Positions 39,973 through 54,917 of a DNA stretch of 64,000 bases are shown here, in pieces. Within the stretch, counting starts at the first letter, position 1; the number at the start of each line of letters is the position of its first letter. Made by a program: the position numbers and the translations under genes. The DNA is from Eledone cirrhosa (lineage: Eukaryota). The notes below the pieces were generated by a model that saw only the letters and a program-made list of their open reading frames with translations, did not search any database and had not been told where the DNA came from. The stretch spans positions 93,558,001 to 93,622,000 of the forward strand of contig OZ024742.1 of NCBI GenBank assembly GCA_964016885.1, read 5' to 3'.

Positions 39973-40126
39973 ATTAAAGGTTAATTAGTCACTAATACCC
40001 GACCATCTCAACGATGAATGAAATTTCTCAGAGAAGTAATATTATATATTAAAATTAAATGCGAAAAACTATAATTACAGGAGTACAAACAATAGATGTA
40101 AAAAATTTTCCTCTAAATTCCTTTAT
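39491..40126. repeat. Nested inverted repeats around (TA)n
   Basis: 39491-39650 vs 39971-40126; inner perfect palindrome 39662-39855. Confidence 0.85.
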
Positions 40127-40170
40127 ATATATCTCCCTATCATGGATTCATATGGGAAAGAACCATTATT

Positions 40171-40348
40171 GGCAGTATCGGTAGAGGGTCGGACGCCATA
40201 CTTTCCAGAATAGTTACGTCCCTTTACGATCTGAGTTCAAATCCCGCCGAGGTTGACTTTGCCTTTCATCCTTACGGGGTCGATAAAATAAAGTACCAGT
40301 AATGCACTGGGTAATTGCTGGCCTTGTGCCTAAAGTCGAAACAATTAT
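40171..40348 (+). mobile_element. SINE, same family as 1238-1454
   Basis: B box gagttcaaatccc plus central domain. Confidence 0.85.
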
Positions 40349-40892
40349 TGGATTTACCAATAATTCAAGTGCTGCCATACTCTTTAGAGGAGTTAGATTC
40401 TTCAAGTCTAAGTAAGAGAAATGGAATAAGATTTAAGGTGTTTCTGCTTCATATTTGAAAAGCAGGCAATAACTGAAATATCATGTTGAACTATATTGGG
40501 TAAAACATGATTTTGTTTTATTTGTCATCATTTGCCCTTTATATATTTCTACCGCTTTGTCTCAGCTTTTTGAAACTCATCAGTCAAAGTCTTGAATGTC
40601 AGATTTGTGAGGAGAAAGAAGAAACAATAGCACGTTGTAAGAAAACTCAAAGCTAAGTGACAATGGGACTACAGAATGACATGATTAAATGATTGTAAGA
40701 AACTACTTAACATGGCCAATACATGAAACAACAGAAAATTGTGAAAATAAACAAAAAATCATAACAGTGACTGAGAGAAGCAAGTCTCAGAGATGACGTT
40801 AAAGGATTTTGATTGCAGATAAGAATCAAATATTTCCCACCATAAACTATGTAATAAAGCAGAAAATATTAAACCATTATCATCATCATTAT

Positions 40893-41160
40893 TTAACTTT
40901 GCCTTTCATCCTTATAAAGTACCAGTAATGCACTGGGTAATTGCTGGCCTTGTGCCTAAAATAGAAACAATTATTTAATGGCAGTACCGGTAGAGAGTCG
41001 GACACCATGCTTTGAAGCATAGAGTTACGCCTCTTTGTGATCTGAGTTCAAATCCCGCCGAGGTTAACTTTGCCTTTCATCCTTACGGGGTCGATAAAAT
41101 AAAGTACCAGTAATGTACTGGGTAATTGCTGGCCTTGTGCCTAAAATAGAAACAATTATT
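40893..41160 (+). mobile_element. Partial and near-complete tandem SINE copies
   Basis: Two successive gcctttcatcctta...ggccttgtgcctaaaatagaaacaatta ends. Confidence 0.85.
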
Positions 41161-41484
41161 TAATATATATTTCCTATGCTTACAAAGGTTAGATGGCTTT
41201 CACATGCTGTTGAGGCCTGACTATTCATGTGACGAGGTTCTGTTTGTACATTTTATTTTGGCATGGTTTCTATTGCTGGCTGCCCTTCCTTAAGCTAACC
41301 ACTTTATAGTGTGTCCTAGGAGCTTTTTTTCCATGGCTGGATGTCCTTCCTTACACCAACTATCTTACAGTGTGTACTTGTAACATGTTATTGTAACGCC
41401 GGCACTATCCCATTTACAAGATAGACTGGGTGCTTTTCATCATGGCACTAGCACTACTACCTTCAGGGTGGACTGGTTGCGTTT

Positions 41485-42118
41485 GTCGTAAATATGTGGA
41501 AGTTCAGATGAAATTATTTATCACATTGTCTTTGACTACCAGGGAAAGCACATTTACATTTCAGGCTTTCACACACAAAAGGGATGGAAAAATCAAATAT
41601 TAGAAAATGTCTCAGAGAATGAGAAAGCAATCAATCTCTGGGGTATGCCAATCCCCACAGACAAAAAGATTAGAGTTTATCAGTATGATATTGTTGTCAA
41701 GATTAGCCATAAAATGAAATGCTTATTAATTGAATTATCACTCACAATAGCCAATATGAGAATGGAGAAATTACCCACCTCCCGACAATTATATGGAAAT
41801 AGAGTTAATTAGAATGTGAGTTCTGAAGACAGAAACCATCCCTATAAAATACTTAGGTGAGAATTATTAAAACACATACTACCAAATACATAACCAAAAA
41901 TCCAAAGACTCATAAACATGCATACAGAAAGTACAGAAAATATCACTTCCAGGCACCATACACACATATTACGTTGAGTACTCTCAATAGAATAGCAAAT
42001 ACAAGACCAAAAGATAACACTTTGCATAACAAAGGTGCACACAACAGTGCTTGGCAGTGTAGTGAAAGCACAATAAAAATAAGAGTAGTGAAAAACATTA
42101 AATAATAATAATAATAAA
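41485..42118 (+). pseudogene. 3' end of an R4/Dong-type non-LTR retrotransposon (zinc finger plus RLE remnant, (TAA)n tail)
   Basis: ICGSSDEIIYHIV; VSENEKAINLWGMPIPTDKKI...DIVVK...CLLIE; EIELIRM*VLKTETIPI; ends aataataataataa. Confidence 0.7.
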
Positions 42119-43624
42119 TAGTAGAAGTAATGTCAGCTGAAATATTTTCTGAAATTTCTCCAAGCATCTTTCTGCTAATTGATTAATCAATATAGTTTTT
42201 TGTTCGGTTAACTATCAAGACCATGATGCCACTTCCAACAATTACCATTGCAGGATACGACCCGTGTCTCTCTTCATACACCCCGCGATCACAAACAAAA
42301 CAAATATAGCCTAATCAGATGAAAGTAACTGCAAGACAAAAATGTTTGGAATGTGAGAAACAAAACTGTAAAGTGAGGAATAGTGGTGTTAACAACATAA
42401 AAATATGAACGAAATACAAATAAAGAAGAATACTACAAAATATTTGTTATGAAAATTTCGAGGTTGTTTTATATTTTTTATACTTTTTTTCTATTTTGTC
42501 ATATAGTTTCCACTTTTTTTTTGTATTTAGCAACATATTGTTGGGTGATAGTTAGAGGCAAGATATTGTATTAGAAGTAGTAGTAGATATTGTTGCTTAA
42601 CCTCGGATCACTCATAATCCAGTAGATCTGTAAAGGGGCTTCAGTGGGGCGCATTGCATATATTTTTCAGACATACCGAGTGTCATTGACAATAGATTTA
42701 ATATAAAAAATATTAAAACACATTGTCTGATTCACTGAATTCATTTTGAATACTCCACTAATATATACATATCCTTACTTACACACACACGCACATGTAT
42801 ATATATATATGATGGCCCCTATTGATCACTAATGACCATGGTTTCGCACCTAGTGCGTTACACACACATGCATATCCACCCACACGAGTCTATTAAGGAA
42901 CCATAACACTAATGTATATATGTACAATGAATCTGATGAATTGGACAATATATTTTCATTTTCTTCATTCGAGATCTAATGGCAAAGGTACCCGATAGTG
43001 TATTGACAATATCAATACTGACAGGTTCCAAATCTCTGTATGATTCTCTAGAAAGTTATATTCAATTGTAGCTTCACACCAATGAAAGGTCTGGAAAATT
43101 ATGAAATTTAATAGACGGAAACTGTTGGAAGATACACCATTCACGTTTTTGGAGACTAGCTTAATCCATTATCTGGAGTTGTCATCTTTGCTACTCTTCA
43201 TAAGAATCATCATTAATACAAATGGCTATTTTTGTAATACACTGACATACAAATTATTATTTTTTTTATTATAAGTATAATTTTAATTGATTAACCATTA
43301 ATTTCGCCCACTAAATTCATTATGTTAAACTCCTATTCCATGTACCAGATGGTAGAGTTACGTGTCTTAGGAAGAGATAATGGAACAAGTAATAATATAT
43401 TAACTGCCGTATCCAATCAGTCATCTTAACTCAATATTTCATCATCATCATCATCATCATTATTATTATACTCAATGCACTATTATATTGACATCATTAC
43501 TGTTGCTTTCTTTCACAGACATTACAAATGTTGTCACCTTTACCACCGCCACAACTATCTTCATTGTCACCGCTCTCATCATTTCTGTATTATCAGTGTA
43601 ATTATCATCACCAGATTTATACAT

Positions 43625-43709
<85 letters not shown>

Positions 43710-43730
43710 CACACAAATGTTCGAGTGTGG

Positions 43731-43765
<35 letters not shown>

Positions 43766-43821
43766 GTGTGTATATGTATGTATGTATATATATATATATA
43801 TATATGTGTGTGTATATATGT

Positions 43822-43852
<31 letters not shown>

Positions 43853-45782
43853 GGGGGGGGTCTCTCTCTCTCTCTCTTTGTATAAATATATGTATACATA
43901 GACACACGTGGAGGATGAGGATAAGGAGGTGCTGGAGAGGAACGTGGTGTTTATGGTGACAAAGGTTGAAAGAGCAATGTATTTGAATTCCCCCACTCTT
44001 CATACATTTGTTCAGCAAAATGGGTAACAGACAAATGCACAAACTTATATCAATGTTCTATAATTACGTGCACTCGGCAATTCAGACGTGCATTGCGTGC
44101 ATCAGATTTGGTTAACGGCGTCGGCATTGTATTATATTCTTCCTTCATGTGTCTTTCACTACATAACAATAGTTACAACTACTCAGAAACATGAATTAAA
44201 AGTGGAGGAATCTGTCTTTGTCTGTCTACGACTGTTTATTTGTGTTATTGTCGTTTCAGACAACAGGAAGTAGTGATCTGAACACACACATACACACATG
44301 GTCACACGCACCTATGATCACATACACTATTTCTCGCACACACATATGATCATATGTACACATGATCACACGCACATATTCTCATACACACACACACACA
44401 CTCACATTCACTTGTTCACAAGGTGGTTCATTTTCTCATTCATTCACCCATCCATATACACGCACAGTTACTCATACACACACGCACACTCACACACACA
44501 CACACGCACCACACACACACAATCCATTTATCTATCTCTCTAAGGCATCATTATAGCACATTTATAATAATCTACAGTTAAGTCTTTTTTAGAAATCCTA
44601 AATTTTATTGTACTATTTCAACTCTAATGTTTGGTCTAGGATTTCCCTCTTCTTTACTAAGTTTTCAAGATTTGTTAATAGTGACGTGTTATTTACTCTA
44701 TACCGCACTTATTCTGGGCATACTAATGTTAATGTAGCACATTCAGTGGTAACTAAAGCTCGGTATACCATTCTCTTCATATCCATCATCAATAAAGTTA
44801 TTTACCTTGCTTTCCTAAAATCCTGAGCTCATTCACAACTTGGGTGTATGTATATCTATAGTAGCAGCATTCTTACTGTGAATATTTAAACTGCAACCAT
44901 AGTGAGAAACTTTAACCCGTTGGATACCAAACTTACTGAAACTGCCTATAACTCTACAATACACAACTGTATATTTTAAAGTGTTTATCATCAACAGCAA
45001 CATCATTTAACATCTATTTCCCTGCTAAGTAAAATCTTTCATCATAATTTTATGTAAGAATCTCTACGTTATGTTCAAACACCAGCTTAATAATGAGAAA
45101 TTTATCTTAGACATATTTATTTATTTGAAAGAAATGTTGGTTACAAGGTTTTGCCAAGAATAGATTATCAACCAATAATGCAGAATGAAATGTGGTGTTT
45201 ATATTCAAAGATTTGGTTTGAATGTAGGATAATGGAAAAGCAGATATATCTTAAAATCCATGCACGAGCAGTTCTTCTTTGTTTCAGGTGCTTTATATAT
45301 AGACTATGACCTGTTAGTTTTACGAAAGTTTAGCTCATAAATTACTAAATGTTTCCAATAAAGCTAATACTTTTTATACTAACCCACACACAACTGCCAC
45401 AGTTTCTATGAAACAAAACCACGCATTTTAAAGGGTTCCTACTAAAAACCTTTCAACATAATCTTATATAAGAATATTTCATTGTTACAAATACCATCTT
45501 ACTGAATTTATAATTTTAGTAAATCCTTTCCTTATTCTTCATTAAACAGTTAGAAGTATGGTCACAAAGGTTTTATGAAATTGGTTGTTTCAATTGAAGA
45601 AATTGTGGGTACTTTACCGTTTGTATATGTTAATCCGTCGATACAATAATTACATTGTTTTCATAGATTTAGTCTTCTGGCTGAGATGTTGTATTACAAG
45701 TACTCCTTTGTGTATGCTCCAAACGAATTTGTTGACCAAATTGTAAACAGAATCGAAATCATTGGATATCGATCTAACCCCC

Positions 45783-47015
<1,233 letters not shown>

Positions 47016-47317
47016 GATCAGCAGAAAAGGCATTTAACTTGTAATATCAGTTTTTTGCACAAGTTTGAAGAACCGCTATGCAAGATGCTCCTGAGACGAT
47101 GACAAAAGAAAGAATAGACCTGGAAATGTACGGGTTCCTTTTGACAAAAATGGAGATAGATACTTAAACTGAGAGAAAAGTTGCGATTAGAAATAAATAG
47201 AGAACGAACAGCATGCAAAATGTGCAACATATGTTAACCCTGGAAAAATTGAAAAATTGAATGATCTGGAATTCGTTTGAATTCGTCAGAAGAATGTGGT
47301 TGGGTTGCGGAACTGAA

Positions 47318-47353
<36 letters not shown>

Positions 47354-47355
<2 letters not shown>

Positions 47356-47958
47356 TGGCTGCCAACTCGTTTTCGAGTACGGCCATTACTTTATATCCAT
47401 GTAGGAGAACCCCTACCGATGCGCTGAACGAGTGTGACTTTTTAGTCCAGCCAGCGACTTGAAAACTCTGGTACAAACACTACACTTGTGACAATTATTG
47501 ACACATAGTGCTGGGCCCATGGTACCATGTGACGACAAGTGCAGAGAGATCTCCAGATATAAAGCAATGCCTGTGCCGTGAAGCTTTTATAGTGAGCAAA
47601 GGCACTGCACAAAGCCAGTCCCACTCTCTTAACCAAGATAATATTTACCAAAAAGAAGACAAGTCAACATCATTGGATACCATCAGGGTTGCAGGTGTTA
47701 TATCAGAGTTTTCCTTCTCCTAGAATTCTGCCTTGACAAAGGCTAAGGGGTCATTTCTCCCAGTGATTTTGGATGGCCATTGACTCTAAAGAGCTCCTTT
47801 GCCCTTTGACAGGTTTTGTTTTTAGTCCTGCAGGATGTCCAAAGTCACCCTCCTCGCCAAGAAACCTTGGTGGGGTTGCCAGTTTAGTCGCCAACGACCC
47901 GACCATGGGACAGGTTGTACTGGGATACATGTTACCAGTAGCACCAACTGGTGACCTG

Positions 47959-47960
<2 letters not shown>
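47354..47960 (-). mobile_element. Second copy of the 608-bp element, in (TA)n
   Basis: Reverse complement of 19233-19840 with few differences and the same ends. Confidence 0.88.
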
Positions 47961-47994
<34 letters not shown>

Positions 47995-48714
47995 GGGCGG
48001 TGGAAGCATTGCTGAATTGAGGGGCTAATTTTGAAAATTTAGCTTCAGTGATTAGACAAGCTATTTTCACTCTAAAATGCTAAAAAAACTTCGATATGCG
48101 ATAAACATAACACATATATACATTGTAGGTTAATATCGAGCTTCTTCTCATTTGTAAGAAACTGGTATTATACCTAATTTATTCATCAGCTATATCTATA
48201 TATATATTCATTTATTATGGTTATTGGTGAGCTTTGTAACTCTAAAGATTCCCCTGCGCACTCACAGGATCCCCAGTCTTGTTAGGTGAGTACGCGGGTG
48301 AAACACCAGAGTAACAAGGCATAGCCATAATATATGATTATTCAAACTCTATTTTGGTATTGAGCTTTCATTCTTACGTCCATCGATAATTCACGTACTC
48401 TCAGGTCTTGAATAATCGTCTCCTCTGTCCGCTTGTCAGATTTTTTCCAACACCCACCTCCCGGTTTTTATTCCACTCCCACCCATACCCGCTTATAAAA
48501 TTTTGCTAATCTATCTCCGGCGAAATTTTATTGTAAGTGATTCATATTGATACAGGAGCTGGAGAATCTTATAATAATTTTATTTTAAATTAAAAAAACC
48601 CATTATATATGACAAAAGATGAATATTACAAGAAATCCCATATTTACGATTGTACACTATATAATTACTGATTCTTCCATTATTGCCCCCTTCTATATTT
48701 GGAACTAGAGAGTG

Positions 48715-49227
48715 CCACCAAACTTTCCTCCTCTCTATGTCTATCACACAAAACTCTTTGAATTCCCCTATCTGTATCTACTAAAACCAAACTCTACCTC
48801 TCTCTATATCTAACACAACACCGCCTCTCTTATCCCACTCTCAATATCTATCTCGGCAGTATTGGTAGAGGGTGGACGCCATGCTTTGCAGCAACGAGTT
48901 ACGGCCATTTACGGTCTGAGTTCAAATCCTGCCGAGGTTAACTTTGCCTTTCATCCTTACAGGGTCGATAAAATAAAGTACCAGTAATACACTGAGATAA
49001 TTGCTGGCCTTGTGCCAAAAGTATAAACAATTATAAATATCTACACTTATCTCTCCCAACACCCATCTCTATATCAATTACCACCAAACTTCCACCCTCT
49101 CTATATCTACTACACGGAACTCTCTTCCAATCCCCCTCTCTATATCAATTAACATCAAACTCTCCCCCTCTCTAAATCTACTACACGCTAATCTCCCCCA
49201 GACCCCCTCTCTATATCAATTACCACT
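48715..49227 (+). repeat. CT-rich ~70-bp bipartite minisatellite (left part), containing a SINE at 48855-49033
   Basis: Alternating ctctctatatcaattaccaccaaactctcccc / ctctctatatctactacacggaactctc units. Confidence 0.75.
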
Positions 49228-49423
49228 TGATATAGACGTGATTTACTTTGCTCCGGATTTTTACGGATTTTTGTCAAAAAAAACTGTAAGTTTATTGATC
49301 AATTTAATAACATTGTTTGGTTTAGCCCCTTGCCTTGGCCGTCAGACGTTAAGTCAACAAATTTTCGCCCCTTTCTGGGGCGAAATTTTCAATTTTCATC
49401 TAAAAACTGTAGACTTGGTGGCA

Positions 49424-51195
49424 ATGGATGCCATTTCCACCTCGCACACTGTCGTGAGTGCCACGCCCACTAAGAAAAGTGGTGGAGGGAAAGTAGGAGT
49501 ACAAATCTTGCAGCCGTCCCCCCTCGCATCATCGAAAAACGTGGAAAATATCGAAACCGCGAAACCAAATCCGGCAAATAATACCAGCACCAACAACAAG
49601 AACAATGACAACAACACCACAACCAACAACTGCAACAATAGCAACACCATTATTACCAGCAGTGACAGTAACACGAAAGACAACAACACCAAAACAACAT
49701 TTGCACAGACCGTAAAAAAAACGAACTATACACGCCAATAGACATAACACATGCTAAACAACTATTACAAGACGCAAAACAATTCGTGACTTTTGGCGAA
49801 AACTGTGCTTTTAGCATTAATTCTCCACAGGAATTACGTAGAGAGGCTGTCCTGAAAACCACAGTTTTCAGGAAATATCGAACGTAACAAGAAAACCAGC
49901 TCAATTATCACAAAATAAAATTGAGCTGGTTCTAAAAGACGCAATGAAGGACTTAACCTTCATACAAAAAGGTAAACTGTTTGGTAGCATTTCGGTGCTG
50001 ATGAACAACCAGTCAACAGCTCAAAAGTACTCGATAGCACCCATTGTGTCCCCCCACTTCACCTTTTACCCACATACAGGGGAAAAAGGACACAAAGAAT
50101 AAAAATAATGAGTATCACACCAAATGTAAACATTTGGTGGATACTATGTGGAATAATTAACTTTGACGAAGACAAGATAATTTCAATAGGAAAGTCCTCC
50201 GGAGGTGTATTTGGTGGGACCACCGTAGAAGTTCTGGTGCAAATGAGCCCAGAACGAATAGCGAATATCCCACACCGCGTGTCTCTGGACGGGCTAACTT
50301 ATATAAACATTTCAGTGGAGGGAAGGCGGCCGTCATGTTACCACTTCTTAAGCAGGGGTCACCTGAGGGCTGCCTGTCCTCAATTAACGAGTAAAAAAAA
50401 AAAGGCTCTTCTGCCAACCCCGAACACAACAACACAACAACCACCACCACCACCACCACAACAACAACACGGAAAAATAACAACACAAAACACTGTTCCA
50501 CCCAACCCCTCCCCACCTAAAACAAATACAAAAGCAACCACAACAAAACCCCAAAATATACCCCTCCCCAACAACACGGAAGAGGACTCCGTATCAACGT
50601 CACCCACTGACGACGAGGGAGAACCCTTTCAACAGGTGAAAAGGAAAAAAAAAAGGCACCACATTAAGAAAAATGCCACAAACACACAACCACCAGCACA
50701 AACAGAACAAACATCACAAATAAAAAACCCACCCCTCCCCAAAACATAACACGTACTATAAAACGCAAACACCCGCAAGAACAACAAACAAAAACAAACA
50801 CAACACAACAAAAACTCTATACATACATTAACAAGAACAATAAAACGTTGATGAAAGCGATAGAAAATAACCCTTCGGTGGAAACCGAAGGGATCACTTT
50901 CACCTACGCAGCGAACAAACCGCACCTAGTGATGATTAGGGTCCCAACGGAAACCTATGTAACTTTGAAAAAGAACCATCCAATGCATGTGGGGACCAAC
51001 TGCACCAAACCACATAACAGCGTCCTATTGTGATGTTTCCCCACCCCCACACCAGACACCCACACCCCACCAAACACCCTAATCCCACCACACACTGATG
51101 TCCTCACCCCACCACAAACAACCACCCCACCAAACAACCCTTCCAACACCCCCATGGAAATTGTGCAGCCTGGTCCCCAGGAGACGAAGAGGTAA
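49424..51195 (+). pseudogene. LINE ORF1 (gag-like, zinc knuckle), disrupted by several stops and frameshifts
   Basis: MDAISTSHT..., TFAQTVK, VEGRRPSCYHFLSRGHLRAACP (CCHC with a C-to-F change), low-complexity N/T/P tracts, FQQVKRKKKR. Confidence 0.7.
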
Positions 51196-51237
51196 GTAAT
51201 TCCCTTTCCTCTTCCTTTTTACCTCTTCAGCACCAAC

Positions 51238-54200
51238 ATGGCCAATATAAGAGTTGGATGTGGGAATGCACGCGGCTTGGGGATGTCCTGGAAACAGGGC
51301 AAACTCTTAAATGACCTCAGGTCGCACAGAGTGGATGTAATGGTTATTTGCGAGTCCAGGATCAGCAGCGAGCGCCAACTGGCCCCCATCTTCGACGACT
51401 TTGAGATCTACGCATCTCTCTGTCAGCCGAGGGATGGGGGTGGGGTTGTCGTTCTGCTGCGAAAATACCTGGGTCTTGCCACACAGAAGGTACACCTGGA
51501 CCCGAAGGGTCGACTGGTGGTTTTAGACGTCGGCAGTGGTGAAGGTGGAGCTTTCAGGCTGGTGGCAGCGTATGCCCCATCGGGGACACCACGACCGGAC
51601 TTCTTCCGACGCCTGAAGAATTTCCTGGGAACGTCTCGCTCCTTGCTTTTAGTGGGGGACTGGAATGGTATCCTGGATGCACGTTGGGACTATGTAGGGG
51701 CATGTCCCGATAGAGGGGTGTAACAGCCTCAAACGATTAATCGGCCGATTTGATCTGGCCGATAGATATCGACTGGATTTTCCGACTGTGCCACGGTGGA
51801 CGTGGAGTAATCGCAGCGGAACATCCAGGTCGTACCTAGATAGGTTCCTAGTTAGAAATAAGGATAGGGACATATTAAGCTGTCCACGAATGTTCATGGT
51901 TGACTATTCGGATCACAAGTTGTTGACCGGAGTGGTCAACCTTGATAGAACTCATAGACAGGGACCCGGTTACTGGAAGCTAAACTTGTCTTTACCGACA
52001 AATAAAGCTTACAGTAAGCGGATTAGCACACTAGTTAAGCAGCGTTTGACGGGGGCAATTGTAAACAACAGGTGGTGGGGCTCTCTCAAGAGAGAAATTA
52101 GAATAGAATCGATATGTTTTAGTCGGGAATTAGCATCAGATAGGAATAGAACTGAAAGGGAATTAACAAATAGAGTAGAAGAGGCGATTAGGAGTGGCAA
52201 CGTGGCCGGCGTGCTGGCGTCAAGAACGGCCCTAGACCAGTTCTTTGATGCGAAGCACGAGGGCTGCGTTGTCAGGAGTAAAATACGTGCTCTGGGTAAC
52301 GAGGGAGCCAAAGCTGTTAGCTGGGCCCGAGTGACAGAGGCAAAAAGTGGAAACAAGTCCACGATTCGGTCTTTGAAGGACCAGGATGGACGCGTGATCC
52401 TTGAACCTGAGCGGATGAGCGCGGCCTTTCAACGGCGCTTTGCACGACTGTTCGGGAGGGGCGGCGGGCCGGGTGGGGCTATGGATTTCGGTCCATACCT
52501 CGACGGTCTGGCGCGGCTCTCGGACGGGGAAGCGAAGTCCTGCGAAAGGCCGATTTCAGCCGCTGAAATAGGGGAAGCGCTGAGCCAATGCGGCAAACGC
52601 AAATCTCCGGGTCTCGATGGTCTACCATACGAACTTTATGTAGCGATGCCGGGCTTGTTCTCCGGTCTCCTCGAGGCGGTCTACTGCAACTGGCAACAGA
52701 ACGGGAGAATTCCCAGTTCTGTGACCAAGGGCGTAGTCACGCTGGTGAGGAAGGACAAGAACAAGGGGGATGACATAGATAACTTCAGGCCCATAACTCG
52801 GCTAAACACAGAGTTAAAGATTTTGGCCAAGGTGTTAGCGAAGAGGTTGGCGCTTGTCGTCGGGAACCTGGTGGGCGAAGCGCAGACATGCGCAATTCCG
52901 TCCAGGTCCATACACGACAACCTCCACCTCATGCGATACATCGTAGAGAGGGTAGGGAACGAACCCGGCTTTGGTGGGGCCCTGATCAACTTGGATCAAT
53001 CTAAAGTGTTCGATAGGGTTGACCATCGATACCTGGATGCGGTGCTCGCGGCGGCAGGCTTCGGACCCGTTTTCAGGGGCTGGATTGCTGCAATGCACAG
53101 CAGCAACACCTGCTCGAGGGTCAAGGTGAACAGCTACCTCTCGGAGCCGTTCCAAATCACGCGATCCATTCGACAGGGATGCCCTCTCTCCTCCCCCCTG
53201 TATGTGCTGGCTCTCGAGCCACTACTGAGGAAGCTGGAGCTGTTGCAGGGCATACCCTTGGAACCGGGATTGCGGAAAGCGGTGTCGGCCTACGCCGATG
53301 ACGTGACAGTAATGGTGTCGTGCGCCTCGGAAATCGGGCAGATCGGCACCTTACTGGAGGAATATGAAAGGTTCACAGGAGCCAAGCTGAACCGGGACCA
53401 GTCCGTCGGTTTGCAACTCGGGACGTGGAGGGGCAAAACGACGCCCTCCGACGGCATCGTCGGACGCTGGACGGAGGGACCGGTGAAGCTGCTCGGAGTC
53501 TGGTTCGGACCGGACCTCCAGGTGGAGAAAAACTGGGACGAGGTAACGGGCAAGGTGTTTGCACTCGCCCAGAAGTGGGCCGAGTGCAAACTATCCCTGA
53601 AAGGTCGAGCGGAGGTGGCGAACGCTTATATAGCGTCCGTCATCTACTACTGCTTGACCGTAGTGCCTTGCCCAAAGAAAACACTCGCCAAAATGGAGCG
53701 CGCGCTCTTCCGATTTCTTTGGAAGAAGCGGGTTCCTTTGGTGAGAAGATCCATCTGCTGTCAACACCCTTCGAACGGAGGGCTGGGGATGCTGTGGCTG
53801 ACGATGCGTAGACACGCATTAAGGCTACGGCACCTCCAGGTATTACTCACCCGTCAGCCGGTGTGGGCCCTGTTTGTGAAGCGAGCCTTTCCGAGACTCG
53901 TCTCACTCACCGAGCTGCAATCCTGGGTCAAGCAAAGACCGAGAAAAGTGGGCGACTGGCACATTGAATGTGCCCAGGCGCTCACGGCCCTCTGGCAAGC
54001 GGATCCGGCAGTCAGTGGAGACTCAACCTCAACATTCTATAGAGAGTTGGTGCGCAGTAAGTGCGACGACGCTCTCGGAGAGGCTCTGGGCATGGAGGAA
54101 GACGAGCTGGCCAGTCTGTTCGGTAGGACGTTTGGCCCGGGACCGATGGACAACTTCCAAAGTCCCTGGCTTGGCAATGTTACCGAGGAGCTCTACCCGT

Positions 54201-54672
54201 TCGGGACAAGCTCTACAGACACGGGCGCCCGGGTAGGGACCCCTCGAAGAAGATCTGTCCAAGATGCGTGCGTGACGAGGAAACCGTCGCACACGCATTC
54301 GTACACTGCCCGGGCGTTGCTGACCTGTGGGGCTATGTAGAACGACTACTGTCGCGGGTGGGACCAATCCGGTTGACCACCGAGAACATTGTCACAATCA
54401 AACCGCCTCCCCCTTTCAAAAACGAAGGAGAGGCGGTTTTCCTCTGTGTGATAGCCATGGCGAAAGAAGTTGTATGGTGGACAAGGTTGAAAGGGCTGAG
54501 GTCAGACACCTATCTCTCCGGCCAACAACTGGTCTTTTTTTTCAAGTACCACTTTAGAAGAAGGATCAGAATGGAGAGAGAGGTGCTCTACCCCAGCAAG
54601 TTTTATGAAAGATGGGTGAAAGTAGCGAGAATGGCCCGAGTGAATGGGCCTTCTCTCTATATCAGCCTGTAG
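51238..54672 (+). pseudogene. LINE ORF2: AP endonuclease, reverse transcriptase and C-terminal CCHC; frameshifts near 51715 and 54160
   Basis: NARGL, VGDWN, YLDRFLV, SDH, KSPGLDG, FRPI, LDQSKVFDRVDH, RQGCPLS, YADD, CPRC..EETVAHAFVHCP. Confidence 0.93.
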
Positions 54673-54917
54673 GTGAGAGAGGAGAAGAATGAGAAGAGGA
54701 AGGAAGCACCCGCTCTTTGTGCTCCTGAAGAGGAGGGTTGCACATTTTTTCGGGGGTGGGTGCGACCCATGTCAACGCCCCTCCCTATTGAGGACATCGA
54801 TTGTTAAATTTAATTTGTTATATGTTTTTTACACGTCTTTTTAAATGTATGTAAACTCCCCCCTTTGTATTTGTCCCAATCTTTGATGCCCTGGTGGCAA
54901 ATAAATAGAAATAAATA

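Larger units (their letters stand above)
49228..54917 (+). mobile_element. Near full-length L1/Tx1-type LINE (~5.7 kb)
   Basis: Short 5' UTR, ORF1 with zinc knuckle, ORF2 APE-RT-CCHC, 3' UTR ending aaataaatagaaataaata. Confidence 0.9.

Noticed and set aside
40590-40870. Possible second R4-like zinc-finger relic (CQICEEKEETI)
   Set aside because: Too degraded to call by eye.
43905-44280. Unique-looking segment with a short reading frame ([12 protein letters not shown]...)
   Set aside because: No recognisable domain or convincing splice-site pair; could be regulatory but unsupported.
47255-47300. CTGACGA followed by a small hairpin on the minus strand
   Set aside because: No GAAA or NUH half, so not counted as a hammerhead.
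52009-53815. Antisense and alternative-frame ORFs over LINE ORF2
   Set aside because: Shadow ORFs of GC-rich coding sequence.
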